Assembly (NCBI GenBank): GCA_964353135.1
Contig: CAYGTV010000006.1
Coordinates: 1 to 40,708, forward strand
Direction of reading: 5' to 3'
Length of the DNA stretch: 40,708 nucleotides
From: an uncultured Candidatus Saccharibacteria bacterium
GTDB taxonomy: Bacteria; Patescibacteriota; Minisyncoccia; Phycocordibacterales; UBA918
Under the pieces are notes generated by a model. That model did no database searches. It was not told the DNA's origin and saw nothing but the letters and a program-made list of their open reading frames with translations. Both the position numbers and the translations under genes were made by a program. Every line of letters starts with the position of its first letter. The stretch's first letter is position 1. This document shows, in pieces, positions 1 through 8,101 of the stretch.

Positions 1-111
1 CCAGAGATCAACAATCTTCAGGAAATTAGTACACTCCATTTCAATCAAAGAGGTTTTAACTTGTAGCAAACTGCTCCATATAAAAATATGTAAGACGAGG
101 TAAAATTTTCT

Positions 112-555
112 TTATGAGCTTTGTACTGGATATTTCTTGTTCAAGTCTTTCAAACCAGCTTTGATTAGCTTTTGCAGAACCTTTAAATCAATTTCTTCTA
201 GATTCTTCACGTACAAGCAGGATTTGCCAAATTTATGAGGTCCAATATTCTTTAGCAATGAGCTGTAGTCACCGTAGCCTGGCATAATGTAAATTGTTGG
301 ACCGCTTTTCCTTATCGCAAACCCAGTAGCAAGAAAATCCCCTTCTCTGCCTGATTCATATTTGTAATGATACGAACCAAAGCCAAATATGTTTCCCCAC
401 ATTACTGGCTTCATACCCGTTGCGTCTTTGAAAAAGTTTACCAGTGTCTTCGCTTGCTGCTGTTCAGGGGCAGATAACGTTTTTATATACGCAGCAGGAG
501 TCTGCTTGGTAAGCTGAGTTTTATTTTTTGCAGATGAAGCATTCATGTAAATCAT
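112..555 (-). CDS. DUF1801 (YdhG-like) domain protein
   Basis: 147-aa ORF; KPVMWGNIFGFGSYHYKYESGREGDF...TIYIMPGY pattern typical of YdhG/DUF1801 proteins; alternative ATG at 546. Confidence 0.6.
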   Translation of the reverse strand: MIYMNASSAKNKTQLTKQTPAAYIKTLSAPEQQQAKTLVNFFKDATGMKPVMWGNIFGFGSYHYKYESGREGDFLATGFAIRKSGPTIYIMPGYGDYSSLLKNIGPHKFGKSCLYVKNLEEIDLKVLQKLIKAGLKDLNKKYPVQSS

Positions 556-597
556 TTTATCAGATCGCAGACTTTTTAATTTTGCTATAATTTAGGC

Positions 598-936
598 GTG
601 AAACCTATTGCCCGGAGAGAAGTGGTTATTGTCGACCGAAACTCTCATCAAACACAAAATATCGCATTTGAAATCATGCCCCCATACGCTATAGACGATG
701 GGGACAATTACATGTGCAACGCCAACATTACTGGTGACATCGAGGAATCGTTCCAGGTAGGAGGGGTGGATTCTTTGCAGGCACTCATGCTGGCAATTCA
801 ACACCTAGAGATTAAGTTTGATGAAATGAAGAAGAATCAGTACGACTTTTTCTGGCCAGACAAAACAAATCCCATGAAATCATTCGATCTCATACGAGAA
901 GATATGAAAAAATTTACGAGATATAAGAAAAATTAA
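598..936 (+). CDS. hypothetical small protein (112 aa, GTG start)
   Basis: Clean ORF divergent from 112..555; GGVDSLQALMLAIQHLE motif looks conserved but no family recognised. Confidence 0.4.
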   Translation: MKPIARREVVIVDRNSHQTQNIAFEIMPPYAIDDGDNYMCNANITGDIEESFQVGGVDSLQALMLAIQHLEIKFDEMKKNQYDFFWPDKTNPMKSFDLIREDMKKFTRYKKN

Positions 937-1025
937 TTTCTTACCTGAAATCAGCTACCTTAAGTAAATTCGCACATTCTATTCCACGCAAATAGGTTCT
1001 ATTCTCTGTTACACTGCTCTGTAAC

Positions 1026-1214
1026 ATGAAAGACAAAGAAAAAAATGCAGCCGGTGAAGCTTGGCGTGACCGGTTACATAAAACTAAATCAGCTGCAACA
1101 GGATCAAAATCAAAGAACTCAAAGAACGCGGCTACAGTAGCACGCAATAAATTTACCCAAACCGCCTCTGGGTCTACGGACCGCAAATCGCGCAAAGGCT
1201 TGCGCCCTGGATAA
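1026..1214 (+). CDS. hypothetical Lys/Ser-rich basic microprotein (62 aa)
   Basis: ATG ORF ending 8 nt before a 15-bp terminator shared with the convergent DUF1059 gene; no SD; low-complexity composition keeps confidence low. Confidence 0.3.
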   Translation: MKDKEKNAAGEAWRDRLHKTKSAATGSKSKNSKNAATVARNKFTQTASGSTDRKSRKGLRPG

Positions 1215-1222
1215 ACTCCGCT

Positions 1223-1256
1223 AAACAAAAGACCAGCTCTGGCTGGTCTTTTGTTT
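1223..1256. terminator. bidirectional rho-independent terminator
   Basis: Perfect 15-bp stem aaacaaaagaccagc / gctggtcttttgttt (1223-1237 / 1242-1256), 4-nt loop, A/T runs within both arms; lies between convergent ORFs. Confidence 0.7.
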
Positions 1257-1494
1257 AGTCTCGTTTGAAGGCGTCGGTGCAAATTTGCATGTATTCGGCG
1301 TATTTTTCTTGTTGTTCCTCGGGAGATAATCCCTGCATATTTTCTACTGCGTCCTGGTGGTCGCTATCCCCCGCCTCCACCTCTGCCATAACGTGTTCCT
1401 GACAGTTTTTTACAATTGCTGCCGGATCGTCACCCCGAAACTCTACTTCACATGACTCGGGTCCTCCTAGATCGCTGCAGGTTATTTTTTTCAT
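1255..1494 (-). CDS. DUF1059 domain protein
   Basis: MKKITCSDLGGPESCEVEFRGDD... matches the DUF1059 N-terminal pattern; ATG at 1494 preferred over the tracked GTG at 1512. Confidence 0.7.
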   Translation of the reverse strand: MKKITCSDLGGPESCEVEFRGDDPAAIVKNCQEHVMAEVEAGDSDHQDAVENMQGLSPEEQQEKYAEYMQICTDAFKRD

Positions 1495-1556
1495 ATAGTT
1501 TGATGGTAGCACGAACGTCTGTACAGGGATAATCTACTTGGTACACTAGAAGTAAT

Positions 1557-2123
1557 ATGCATGAACGATTTAATGACTCCAAACTTGAGCAAACTGGCAA
1601 AGAGACAATAATTTTTTCTAAGGAAAAACTTCGTACTACCTTTAAAGAAATTCGTGGACGAATGACACGTCTGGAAACTAATAACGGTATTCCTGCTGAT
1701 AAACAATCAGAATACGATGAGCTCGATACTTTTTTCAAAGTAATGACAGGACTTCAAGAGTATGTTGGAGGAAGTGTTCCCGAAACCTGGGAAGAGGCCG
1801 GCCTTCCCGACTTAAGTACCGCTGGAAACATGCCAATTTTTCGAGCTGATAGCTATTCGGACGACGGGTGGTCCAAAGACTACGAAGTTGTATATTCCCC
1901 AGCTGACTTTATAGAAAAAGCTGGGTTAGATGAAAATGCTGTTAGCGATACACTGCGAATGATACGAGCCCGGATGCCACAAGCAACCCCAGCAAAATAC
2001 GATTCCACTCCAAAAACTCAAAGCGAAGAACCAAAACCAAAATACGATCCAGAAACAGACCCATTTAAAAACCTGGGTAAAAGTACAGCAAAACCAAGAA
2101 GGAAGTGGACGTTTGGTCGCTAA
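1557..2123 (+). CDS. hypothetical protein (188 aa, hydrophilic)
   Basis: Long ORF; no family recognised; 3' end overlaps the convergent 2120..2740 gene by 4 nt. Confidence 0.5.
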   Translation: MHERFNDSKLEQTGKETIIFSKEKLRTTFKEIRGRMTRLETNNGIPADKQSEYDELDTFFKVMTGLQEYVGGSVPETWEEAGLPDLSTAGNMPIFRADSYSDDGWSKDYEVVYSPADFIEKAGLDENAVSDTLRMIRARMPQATPAKYDSTPKTQSEEPKPKYDPETDPFKNLGKSTAKPRRKWTFGR

Positions 2124-2740
2124 TTCAAAATCACTGACGCTAGGATGTCGTTAAACATTACCTGCATCTCGTCCCCTTCGGTTTCATACTGACCAGTGAA
2201 TATATAGAGGTCATCGGCATACAGTGCTAGGTATACATTTTGTTTGTACACTGATTCAGTCTGGTATCTAATCGCTTGCACGCCATCTACCTCGACCCTC
2301 TCTGGCTCGGTAGTGGCTGCGACCCACGATGAAAATTGTGGATTAGCAATTGCCCAGGCTTGTAGTTTTTCTGCTCGCTTCATTTCTTCTGCACCGAGAG
2401 CCTCTACGTACGGCACAATAAAAATACTAATAGATGCTGGAGGTGTACCACCTTCATTTTTACTAAATTCGTTGTAGTCATTGTTATCCATCATCAAGTA
2501 CACTTCCTTGATCCCGGTTGAGGCGACATTACCGGTTGGCGGCTCGATCAGAGCAAGAGCGTCTTGCCCACTAGGAAATTTGAACATCAGCGGTGCAACT
2601 GGTGAAGTGATGGTCATTTGTGACGTTTCCACCACAGTGCGGTTATCTAATTCTGGTTTAATGAATTGGGTATAGACAAGACCGACAACAAACACGATGG
2701 TTACAGCGACGGCGATATATAAAATAGTATTTTTGGACAT
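2120..2740 (-). CDS. N-terminally membrane-anchored hypothetical protein
   Basis: 206-aa ORF with one N-terminal TM helix (ILYIAVAVTIVFVVGLVYTQF) followed by a soluble domain. Confidence 0.55.
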   Translation of the reverse strand: MSKNTILYIAVAVTIVFVVGLVYTQFIKPELDNRTVVETSQMTITSPVAPLMFKFPSGQDALALIEPPTGNVASTGIKEVYLMMDNNDYNEFSKNEGGTPPASISIFIVPYVEALGAEEMKRAEKLQAWAIANPQFSSWVAATTEPERVEVDGVQAIRYQTESVYKQNVYLALYADDLYIFTGQYETEGDEMQVMFNDILASVILN

Positions 2741-2865
2741 GTGTGTTATGACGATTGAAAGAATGAGCTCTTACAATTAGTTATAGCGTACCAGCTTTAT
2801 TGCTTCTGCGATAGATGATCGCTAGGTGGTCGGTTATGTCAGCCAAACGGGCACTGTCGATACTA

Positions 2866-3384
2866 TCATTGGCACGCAGTCCACAGACCACGGCCAGCTG
2901 ACCTGGCATCTACCTGAGCGGCTGCGAACCGAGTTTGAAACTGAGTGTTTGGTTTGATAGTCATGGTCGTTGCATATCCCTCACTCACCAACTGTTCATT
3001 TACCAGCATATCATCGACATACACATAGCGCAGCAGGCGGTCGTATTTGTCTTTATTTTCGATATCAGGAACAAGGCGCACCTCGCGGTCAGCGACCAGT
3101 TCACGATTGCGAGCGGAAGCTTCGCTGCTATAGCAGGCCGGCGCCGCATCACGGTATGGCTCAGGAGTATCGATACCAATGTACCGAACAGTTGTGACCT
3201 CACCGTCTAGTCGCACTCGAATAGTGTCACCATCTACCACCGACACCACTTGTACAATCTCTTCTACTTCGAGATTTTCATTACTAGGCGCCTGAACCCC
3301 GCCCAAATCAAGCCCAAAGAATTGAGACATAAACAACATAGCTAACGCAAACCAGACTTCCATATAAATAACAGTATACTCCAA
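2866..3384 (-). CDS. thermonuclease (micrococcal nuclease / SNase-like) family protein
   Basis: N-terminal hydrophobic anchor; VVDGDTIRVRLDGEVTTVRYIGIDTPE ... DKYDRLLRYVY ... GLW motifs typical of SNase fold. Confidence 0.8.
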   Translation of the reverse strand: MEYTVIYMEVWFALAMLFMSQFFGLDLGGVQAPSNENLEVEEIVQVVSVVDGDTIRVRLDGEVTTVRYIGIDTPEPYRDAAPACYSSEASARNRELVADREVRLVPDIENKDKYDRLLRYVYVDDMLVNEQLVSEGYATTMTIKPNTQFQTRFAAAQVDARSAGRGLWTACQ

Positions 3385-3403
3385 GATGCTACACTAGTAG
3401 GGT

Positions 3404-3814
3404 ATGGAAAAACCAATAGTTTTAGTGATCGAGGATTCATCATATCTAGCTGACTCACTGATCGACATGCTCGATATGCATAACTACCAACCAATCCACT
3501 GTCCAACTGGGAGTGAGGGTGTAGCGGCTGCTTTGGAATACCACCCTGATCTGATCCTGTTAGATATCCGTCTACCGGACATCAGCGGCTACGAAGTCTA
3601 CGGACAAATCCGTGCAACCGAGTGGGGCCAGACTGCACGAATCATGGTGCTCACTGCATCTGAATCAATTGAAAACATTGCAAAAAACATCGACCTCCCA
3701 CGAAGCGATGTTCTATTTAAACCTGACTGGAGCATGCAGCAGCTTGCAGCAATCATCGCCAAAAAACTTGCGACCCCTTCTACTCCACCGCCTCTAGTGG
3801 GATCTGGACAGTAA
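3404..3814 (+). CDS. stand-alone response-regulator receiver domain protein
   Basis: VLVIEDS...DLILLDIRLPDISGYEV...VLTAS...KP receiver signature; 136 aa, no output domain. Confidence 0.85.
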   Translation: MEKPIVLVIEDSSYLADSLIDMLDMHNYQPIHCPTGSEGVAAALEYHPDLILLDIRLPDISGYEVYGQIRATEWGQTARIMVLTASESIENIAKNIDLPRSDVLFKPDWSMQQLAAIIAKKLATPSTPPPLVGSGQ

Positions 3815-5099
3815 ACACAGTTCCACTACCTTCGGTAGAAGTAAAGGTGACCTTGCCTCGCAACACTGATACTGCCTCACGGACGATATACAGTCCCAAA
3901 CCAGTTCCATCAGGAACGTCACGCACAGCGTTACTGGCACGGAATAGTTTTGAAAAGATTTGTTCCTGATCTTTTGCTGGGATTCCCATCCCAGAGTCAG
4001 CGACTTCTAGTTTTAGCAGCCCGTGTTCCTGTTTATACACCACTTGAACCTTGCCACCGTCAGGACTGTATTTGACTGCGTTACTGCAAAGGTTGGTGAT
4101 GATCATCCGTAACAAGTTAGGGTCACTCACAATGTTTATGATTTCTGGATCATACTCAGTGTGTAACTGTAGGTTTTTGTATTTTACTTTCTCTGCCAAC
4201 TCACCCATCACATCGGCAATTAGTTGCGGCAAATTGACAGTCTGGTATTCAGCCTGAAAGTTACCCAGTTCAAATCGCGATACCCGCAAAAAATCATCAA
4301 CCAGGACCGACATACGGGCGATACTCTCGAGCAACCGATCCATGTATTTGTGCTGTCGTTCGGTCAGGGTGTTTGGACTGTCCATTTCGAGCAACTCCGC
4401 ACTCCATTTCATACCCGCGATTGGCGTACGCAGTTGGTGTGAAGCCAACGATACAAACTCTGATTTTGCGTCCTCAGCCTTTTTTTGTTTCGTGATGTCT
4501 ACCAGTGTTAGCAGGCCTTGTTTTTGCTGACTCGCGTTGGTGAACTGGAACAACGACAATAGCCCCCACACCTCTTTGTGATCAGATCGTTTGAGGCGCA
4601 CCAGTTCGTCACTCACTCCGATCCCGTTGGCAAATTTGGTGATCAGTGTGTCTTTGTGCTGGTCGCTGGCTGTATCAAGCATGTTAAACACCTCTATACC
4701 GACCATTCGTTTTTGCTGTATGCCGAGCAGTCTAGCTGCTGCCGTGTTGGCAGAGGTCACCACACCAAACTCATCGATTACAAAATACGGGATCGGGCTT
4801 TTTTGGTATAGCTGCAAATACATCGACTGGTTGGAGTCAGGGACAATCAGTCGTGCAGTGCGTTCATCTAGGTGAGCTGTGAGTGTGACATCATAGACAT
4901 TTTTAGTGATCAGCACACAACACAAAAAAGCCACCAGAAACAACAGCCCACTCAGGTTCAGTGTCGAGAAATCATACAAAAGGCCCAGTAGGACAACGCC
5001 GCCAAACGTTATAGCAAACACGCCAAGTGCCAACAAAAAAGCGTGTTCTTTTACGTCATCCATGTTTTCCTGCATACTATAATATATGTAGTGTAACAC
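3780..5099 (-). CDS. sensor histidine kinase (2 TM + PAS-like + HisKA + HATPase_c)
   Basis: H-box SEFVSLASHQLRTPI, N-box ITNLCSNAVKYSP, G-boxes DSGMGIP and GTGLGLYIV. Confidence 0.85.
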   Translation of the reverse strand: MLHYIYYSMQENMDDVKEHAFLLALGVFAITFGGVVLLGLLYDFSTLNLSGLLFLVAFLCCVLITKNVYDVTLTAHLDERTARLIVPDSNQSMYLQLYQKSPIPYFVIDEFGVVTSANTAAARLLGIQQKRMVGIEVFNMLDTASDQHKDTLITKFANGIGVSDELVRLKRSDHKEVWGLLSLFQFTNASQQKQGLLTLVDITKQKKAEDAKSEFVSLASHQLRTPIAGMKWSAELLEMDSPNTLTERQHKYMDRLLESIARMSVLVDDFLRVSRFELGNFQAEYQTVNLPQLIADVMGELAEKVKYKNLQLHTEYDPEIINIVSDPNLLRMIITNLCSNAVKYSPDGGKVQVVYKQEHGLLKLEVADSGMGIPAKDQEQIFSKLFRASNAVRDVPDGTGLGLYIVREAVSVLRGKVTFTSTEGSGTVFTVQIPLEAVE

Positions 5100-5162
5100 T
5101 CACCTACTGCTGCAGGCAGGTAATTATTCAGTTTCTGTTGCTAGTGAATGATCTGACCAAAA

Positions 5163-5939
5163 CTACTGAACTGCCACTGGTCCGGTCAATGTAGCCTGAT
5201 CAATCTGGTTCGTTGCAGTCACGGTTGTTGTTGCGGTATCTACCGCAGACCCCCCACCAATGTTAGTTGGTGGCGATTCTGCGTCTAGTTGCTCTTGTGC
5301 TTCGACCCCATCATCTGAACTAGTTGCTGTTTGTTCAGATGAAGTTGCACTACTAGAAGCGCTTGGCACCAGACCAGCGGCAGGAGCTCGTTTTGTTTGG
5401 TCAGCCGATGGGATCAAACCACCATCAGGAACAGTCGCACGATTTGGAGAAGGTGCAACAATCGTTGGACCATCAACATCAACCATGTTTGCCATCTTGG
5501 CATTTTGCACTCTGATAGTCTCCTCTACGTTGATTTGTCCAGCCGAAGAATCGTTAAACCCAACAGCCGCCGATGCTCCTACCCCCATAATTAGTAAAAC
5601 ACTCACCACTATAATTTGGGTTTTTACGGCGCGCTTTTTTGCGGTCTCGTTAGCAAACACTGTTGGAGCCTTTCGTTTTTTTGTTGCCGCTGCCATGGCC
5701 ATGTCTGTTACCTCCACAACGTCAGTTGCTGAGTCTTCTAGATGTTCCTCGGTCACCACAGCTTTTTTGGGGGCAGTTTTTTTCTTTGGACTGGCTGTTT
5801 TCTTGGTTACGGGTTTTTTTGGGGCAGTTTTTTTCACGTCTGTTTTAGTCACAGTCGCTTTTTTCTTGGGCGCGGCACGACGACGCGTGGTTTTTTTGAC
5901 CACTGTTTCGTCTTCGGTTGTAGCGCTGACTCGAGGCAT
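5163..5939 (-). CDS. membrane protein with histone-H1-like Lys/Ala/Pro-rich N-terminal tail
   Basis: 258-aa ORF; KKTAPKK-type repeats, one central TM (IIVVSVLLIMGVGASAAVGF), Ser/Thr/Ala-rich C-terminal part. Confidence 0.55.
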   Translation of the reverse strand: MPRVSATTEDETVVKKTTRRRAAPKKKATVTKTDVKKTAPKKPVTKKTASPKKKTAPKKAVVTEEHLEDSATDVVEVTDMAMAAATKKRKAPTVFANETAKKRAVKTQIIVVSVLLIMGVGASAAVGFNDSSAGQINVEETIRVQNAKMANMVDVDGPTIVAPSPNRATVPDGGLIPSADQTKRAPAAGLVPSASSSATSSEQTATSSDDGVEAQEQLDAESPPTNIGGGSAVDTATTTVTATNQIDQATLTGPVAVQ

Positions 5940-5981
5940 AGATCAAATCTTAGTATAGCACCTGTTATAATAAAACTGATT

Positions 5982-6785
5982 ATGGAAAACTTGTTAACAA
6001 CCAGTGGATTGCTTGTGGGTATCCTGTTGATTTACTCGGTAGTGATTTTCTTTATCTCCAGGATCGCTCATGACAACAGTGTCATGGATATCGCGTATGG
6101 CCCAGCCTTTCTAGTCGCATCGGCTGGGGCACTGTATCTCAGCGACACAATAGAACTATTACCTACAGTTGTCATTGGATGTATCGCTGCGTGGGCAGTG
6201 CGGCTTGGCAGTCGCGTCTTTCGTAAGAACTTTGGTAAACCGGAGGACCCCCGCTATGCCAAATGGCGAAATCAGTGGATGGAAAAAGGCCGAACGTATT
6301 TTATCATCCGCAGCTACCTACAGGTAAACTTGCTGCAGGTTGGTCTGATTTTTATTATTTTGGCACCAGCGCTCTGGGCGCTAGCATTCCCGACTGACTA
6401 CAACCAATGGTTCGTACTGACCGGATTCATTGTGTTTGTGTTTGGATTAACCTACGAAACAATCGCTGACCTCCAGCTCGATCGCTTCATCGCCGGAAAG
6501 AAAACCGGCACTGAACAAGCCACCTTGATGACGCGCGGACTGTTTGCACTTTCCCGTCGTCCGAACTATTTTGGAGAAACACTCATCTGGTGGGGACTAA
6601 CCATCATGGTACTTCCTCTCCCCTACGGCTGGCTTGCGATCATCAGTCCACTGACCATCACCTACATTGTGACGCGCATCACTGGTCCGATGCTCGAAGA
6701 CTCATTCCTAGAACGCTACCCAGAGGAATACCGACACTACATGCAAACTACCAGCTACTTCATCCCGTGGTTCAAGAAATCATAG
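5982..6785 (+). CDS. DUF1295 family membrane protein (steroid 5-alpha-reductase-like fold)
   Basis: Polytopic; RRPNYFGETLIWWG motif; start moved to ATG 5982 (MENLL) because the tracked 5742 extension is antisense to the previous gene. Confidence 0.75.
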   Translation: MENLLTTSGLLVGILLIYSVVIFFISRIAHDNSVMDIAYGPAFLVASAGALYLSDTIELLPTVVIGCIAAWAVRLGSRVFRKNFGKPEDPRYAKWRNQWMEKGRTYFIIRSYLQVNLLQVGLIFIILAPALWALAFPTDYNQWFVLTGFIVFVFGLTYETIADLQLDRFIAGKKTGTEQATLMTRGLFALSRRPNYFGETLIWWGLTIMVLPLPYGWLAIISPLTITYIVTRITGPMLEDSFLERYPEEYRHYMQTTSYFIPWFKKS

Positions 6786-6793
6786 ATAGAACT

Positions 6794-6820
6794 AAAAAAG
6801 CCCGGCGCATGCGCCGGGCT
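6794..6820. terminator. GC-rich hairpin terminator between convergent genes
   Basis: agcccggc / gccgggct stem preceded by A6 on the plus strand (U-run for the minus-strand transcript). Confidence 0.55.
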
Positions 6821-6860
6821 AGTTGTATCTGCCCGAGTTACCTCGGATAGATCAAAGAAC

Positions 6861-7466
6861 TTATTGGGTGACAGTTGGCGGCACCGGAGCGCCGTTTCCT
6901 GGTGACGCGGTCAGGTTGACTGTTGCGTCGCCGCGCCGGACAACTAGGTTTTGTGCGTAGTCCACATCCACCGGACCAGGGTACACCGTCACCTTTGCTT
7001 CAACGTACATCGGTTCGAGTGCTCCAGAAATACCGAGGCAGAACACCCAGGTCGCCGATGTATTTGTACTTGCAAACACACCGTTTGGTTCCGGCTGACC
7101 GACAGCAACAGCTGCGATCGAACCGCTGGTACCGCGACGGATCCAGTCACCCACCCAAGGATTGGTGAGCGACGTGTCATACGGCAAGCCGTACCCCATG
7201 CTGGGACAGTCACCTTCGACGATGCCGTAGTCAGAGCGCCACACCGAGTGCGTGGTCACTTCCTGGTTACGGACATTGTACAGCTGAATCAGCAAGTCGC
7301 GCTCCAGCGACCAGTCATAAGCCGGGATTGGCTGTCCGATCTGGTACTGCGCCTGCTGCCGTTCAACTGCTTCGGTATCGCGGGCATTTGAGTCTTCTTC
7401 CGGGATACACGCGATCAAAAGTGCAATCGCAGATACCGCTGTCACAGTTTTCAACGAAAGTTTCAT
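6861..7466 (-). CDS. putative lipoprotein, unknown family
   Basis: Signal peptide with lipobox-like LLIAC; 201 aa; start lies 1 nt after the stop of the upstream gene. Confidence 0.6.
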   Translation of the reverse strand: MKLSLKTVTAVSAIALLIACIPEEDSNARDTEAVERQQAQYQIGQPIPAYDWSLERDLLIQLYNVRNQEVTTHSVWRSDYGIVEGDCPSMGYGLPYDTSLTNPWVGDWIRRGTSGSIAAVAVGQPEPNGVFASTNTSATWVFCLGISGALEPMYVEAKVTVYPGPVDVDYAQNLVVRRGDATVNLTASPGNGAPVPPTVTQ

Positions 7467-7467
7467 G

Positions 7468-7830
7468 TTACTTCTCCATCTGGTTGATTTGGATAGTCAG
7501 AGCAGCGGCCTGTGCTTGCAGGTCCGCTCGCTGCACGTCTGTCAGCGAACCCGCTGCCAAGCGTGCCTGGACAGCTGTCAGTTCAGCGTTCATCGTGTTG
7601 AATCGTGCCTCTTGCGCAGCCGAGCGTTGGTAGCTTTGCTCGAACACTTCGCGCTCTACAGCTGTCCGGCCGATGAGCCCGACCGAGTTCAAGCCAAAAC
7701 CAAGCACACTCAGGAAAATCACGAGACCTGCAAATGGCCAAGCAAAGCGCCGCAGTGTCCAGCCTGTCTCACGAGCGATTTCGTCCATATCCTGGCGATA
7801 AGTATCAGTGTCAGATTTACTCTTAGTCAT
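7468..7830 (-). CDS. single-pass membrane protein with C-terminal coiled coil, unknown family
   Basis: 120-aa ORF; AGGAGG SD 5 nt upstream of ATG; TM FAWPFAGLVIFLSVLGFGL. Confidence 0.6.
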   Translation of the reverse strand: MTKSKSDTDTYRQDMDEIARETGWTLRRFAWPFAGLVIFLSVLGFGLNSVGLIGRTAVEREVFEQSYQRSAAQEARFNTMNAELTAVQARLAAGSLTDVQRADLQAQAAALTIQINQMEK

Positions 7831-7903
7831 GTCTGCCTCCTGGCATTGTGAAGTTCATACTGGTGTCATCGAGAACTCTCGACCAGCAGGGGCGTTTGTG
7901 TGT

Positions 7904-7943
7904 GCCCCACACAGGACTATTTGCAACCAGTCCTGTGTGGGGC
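7904..7943. repeat. perfect 15-bp inverted repeat (hairpin or palindromic operator)
   Basis: gccccacacaggact (7904-7918) / agtcctgtgtggggc (7929-7943), 10-nt loop; no U-run on either strand. Confidence 0.8.
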
Positions 7944-7965
7944 GCGTCAGATTTATGTATGAAAA

Positions 7966-7993
7966 GGTTGTGGCCGGCGTACCGCCCACAACC
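7966..7993 (-). terminator. rho-independent terminator after the 28-aa ORF
   Basis: ggttgtgg / ccacaacc stem with inner cgg/ccg pairs; followed on the minus strand by TTTTC. Confidence 0.55.
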
Positions 7994-8000
7994 AAAGGCA

Positions 8001-8087
8001 TTAGTCGGCTTCACGCCAAACATGCCAAACGCAGACACCGATGAACACCAGCACCTTGCTGACAAACATCCAATCAAGAATTGTCAT
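8001..8087 (-). CDS. unannotated 28-aa hydrophobic microprotein
   Basis: ATG preceded by AGGAGGG with a 7-nt spacer, directly after the stop of 8102..8347; translates to MTILDWMFVSKVLVFIGVCVWHVWREAD; terminator follows. Confidence 0.5.
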   Translation of the reverse strand: MTILDWMFVSKVLVFIGVCVWHVWREAD

Positions 8088-8101
8088 TCTTCTACCCTCC
8101 T

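Noticed and set aside
1-66. Possible 3' end of a plus-strand gene at the window start (PEINNLQEISTLHFNQRGFNL*)
   Set aside because: Only 21 codons are visible, with no recognisable motif. The claim cannot be supported.
941-1282. 113-aa minus-strand ORF overlapping the 62-aa basic ORF and the 15-bp terminator
   Set aside because: It runs straight through the terminator hairpin and into the DUF1059 gene region. Its composition looks random, and it has no SD.
5260-5981. 232-aa plus-strand ORF and the 5742-5981 N-terminal extension of the DUF1295 ORF
   Set aside because: Both are antisense shadows of the Lys/Ala-rich gene 5163..5939. They translate to Phe/Gly/Val-rich low-complexity sequence produced by reading poly-Lys codons backwards. 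The DUF1295 homology only begins at MENLL (5982).
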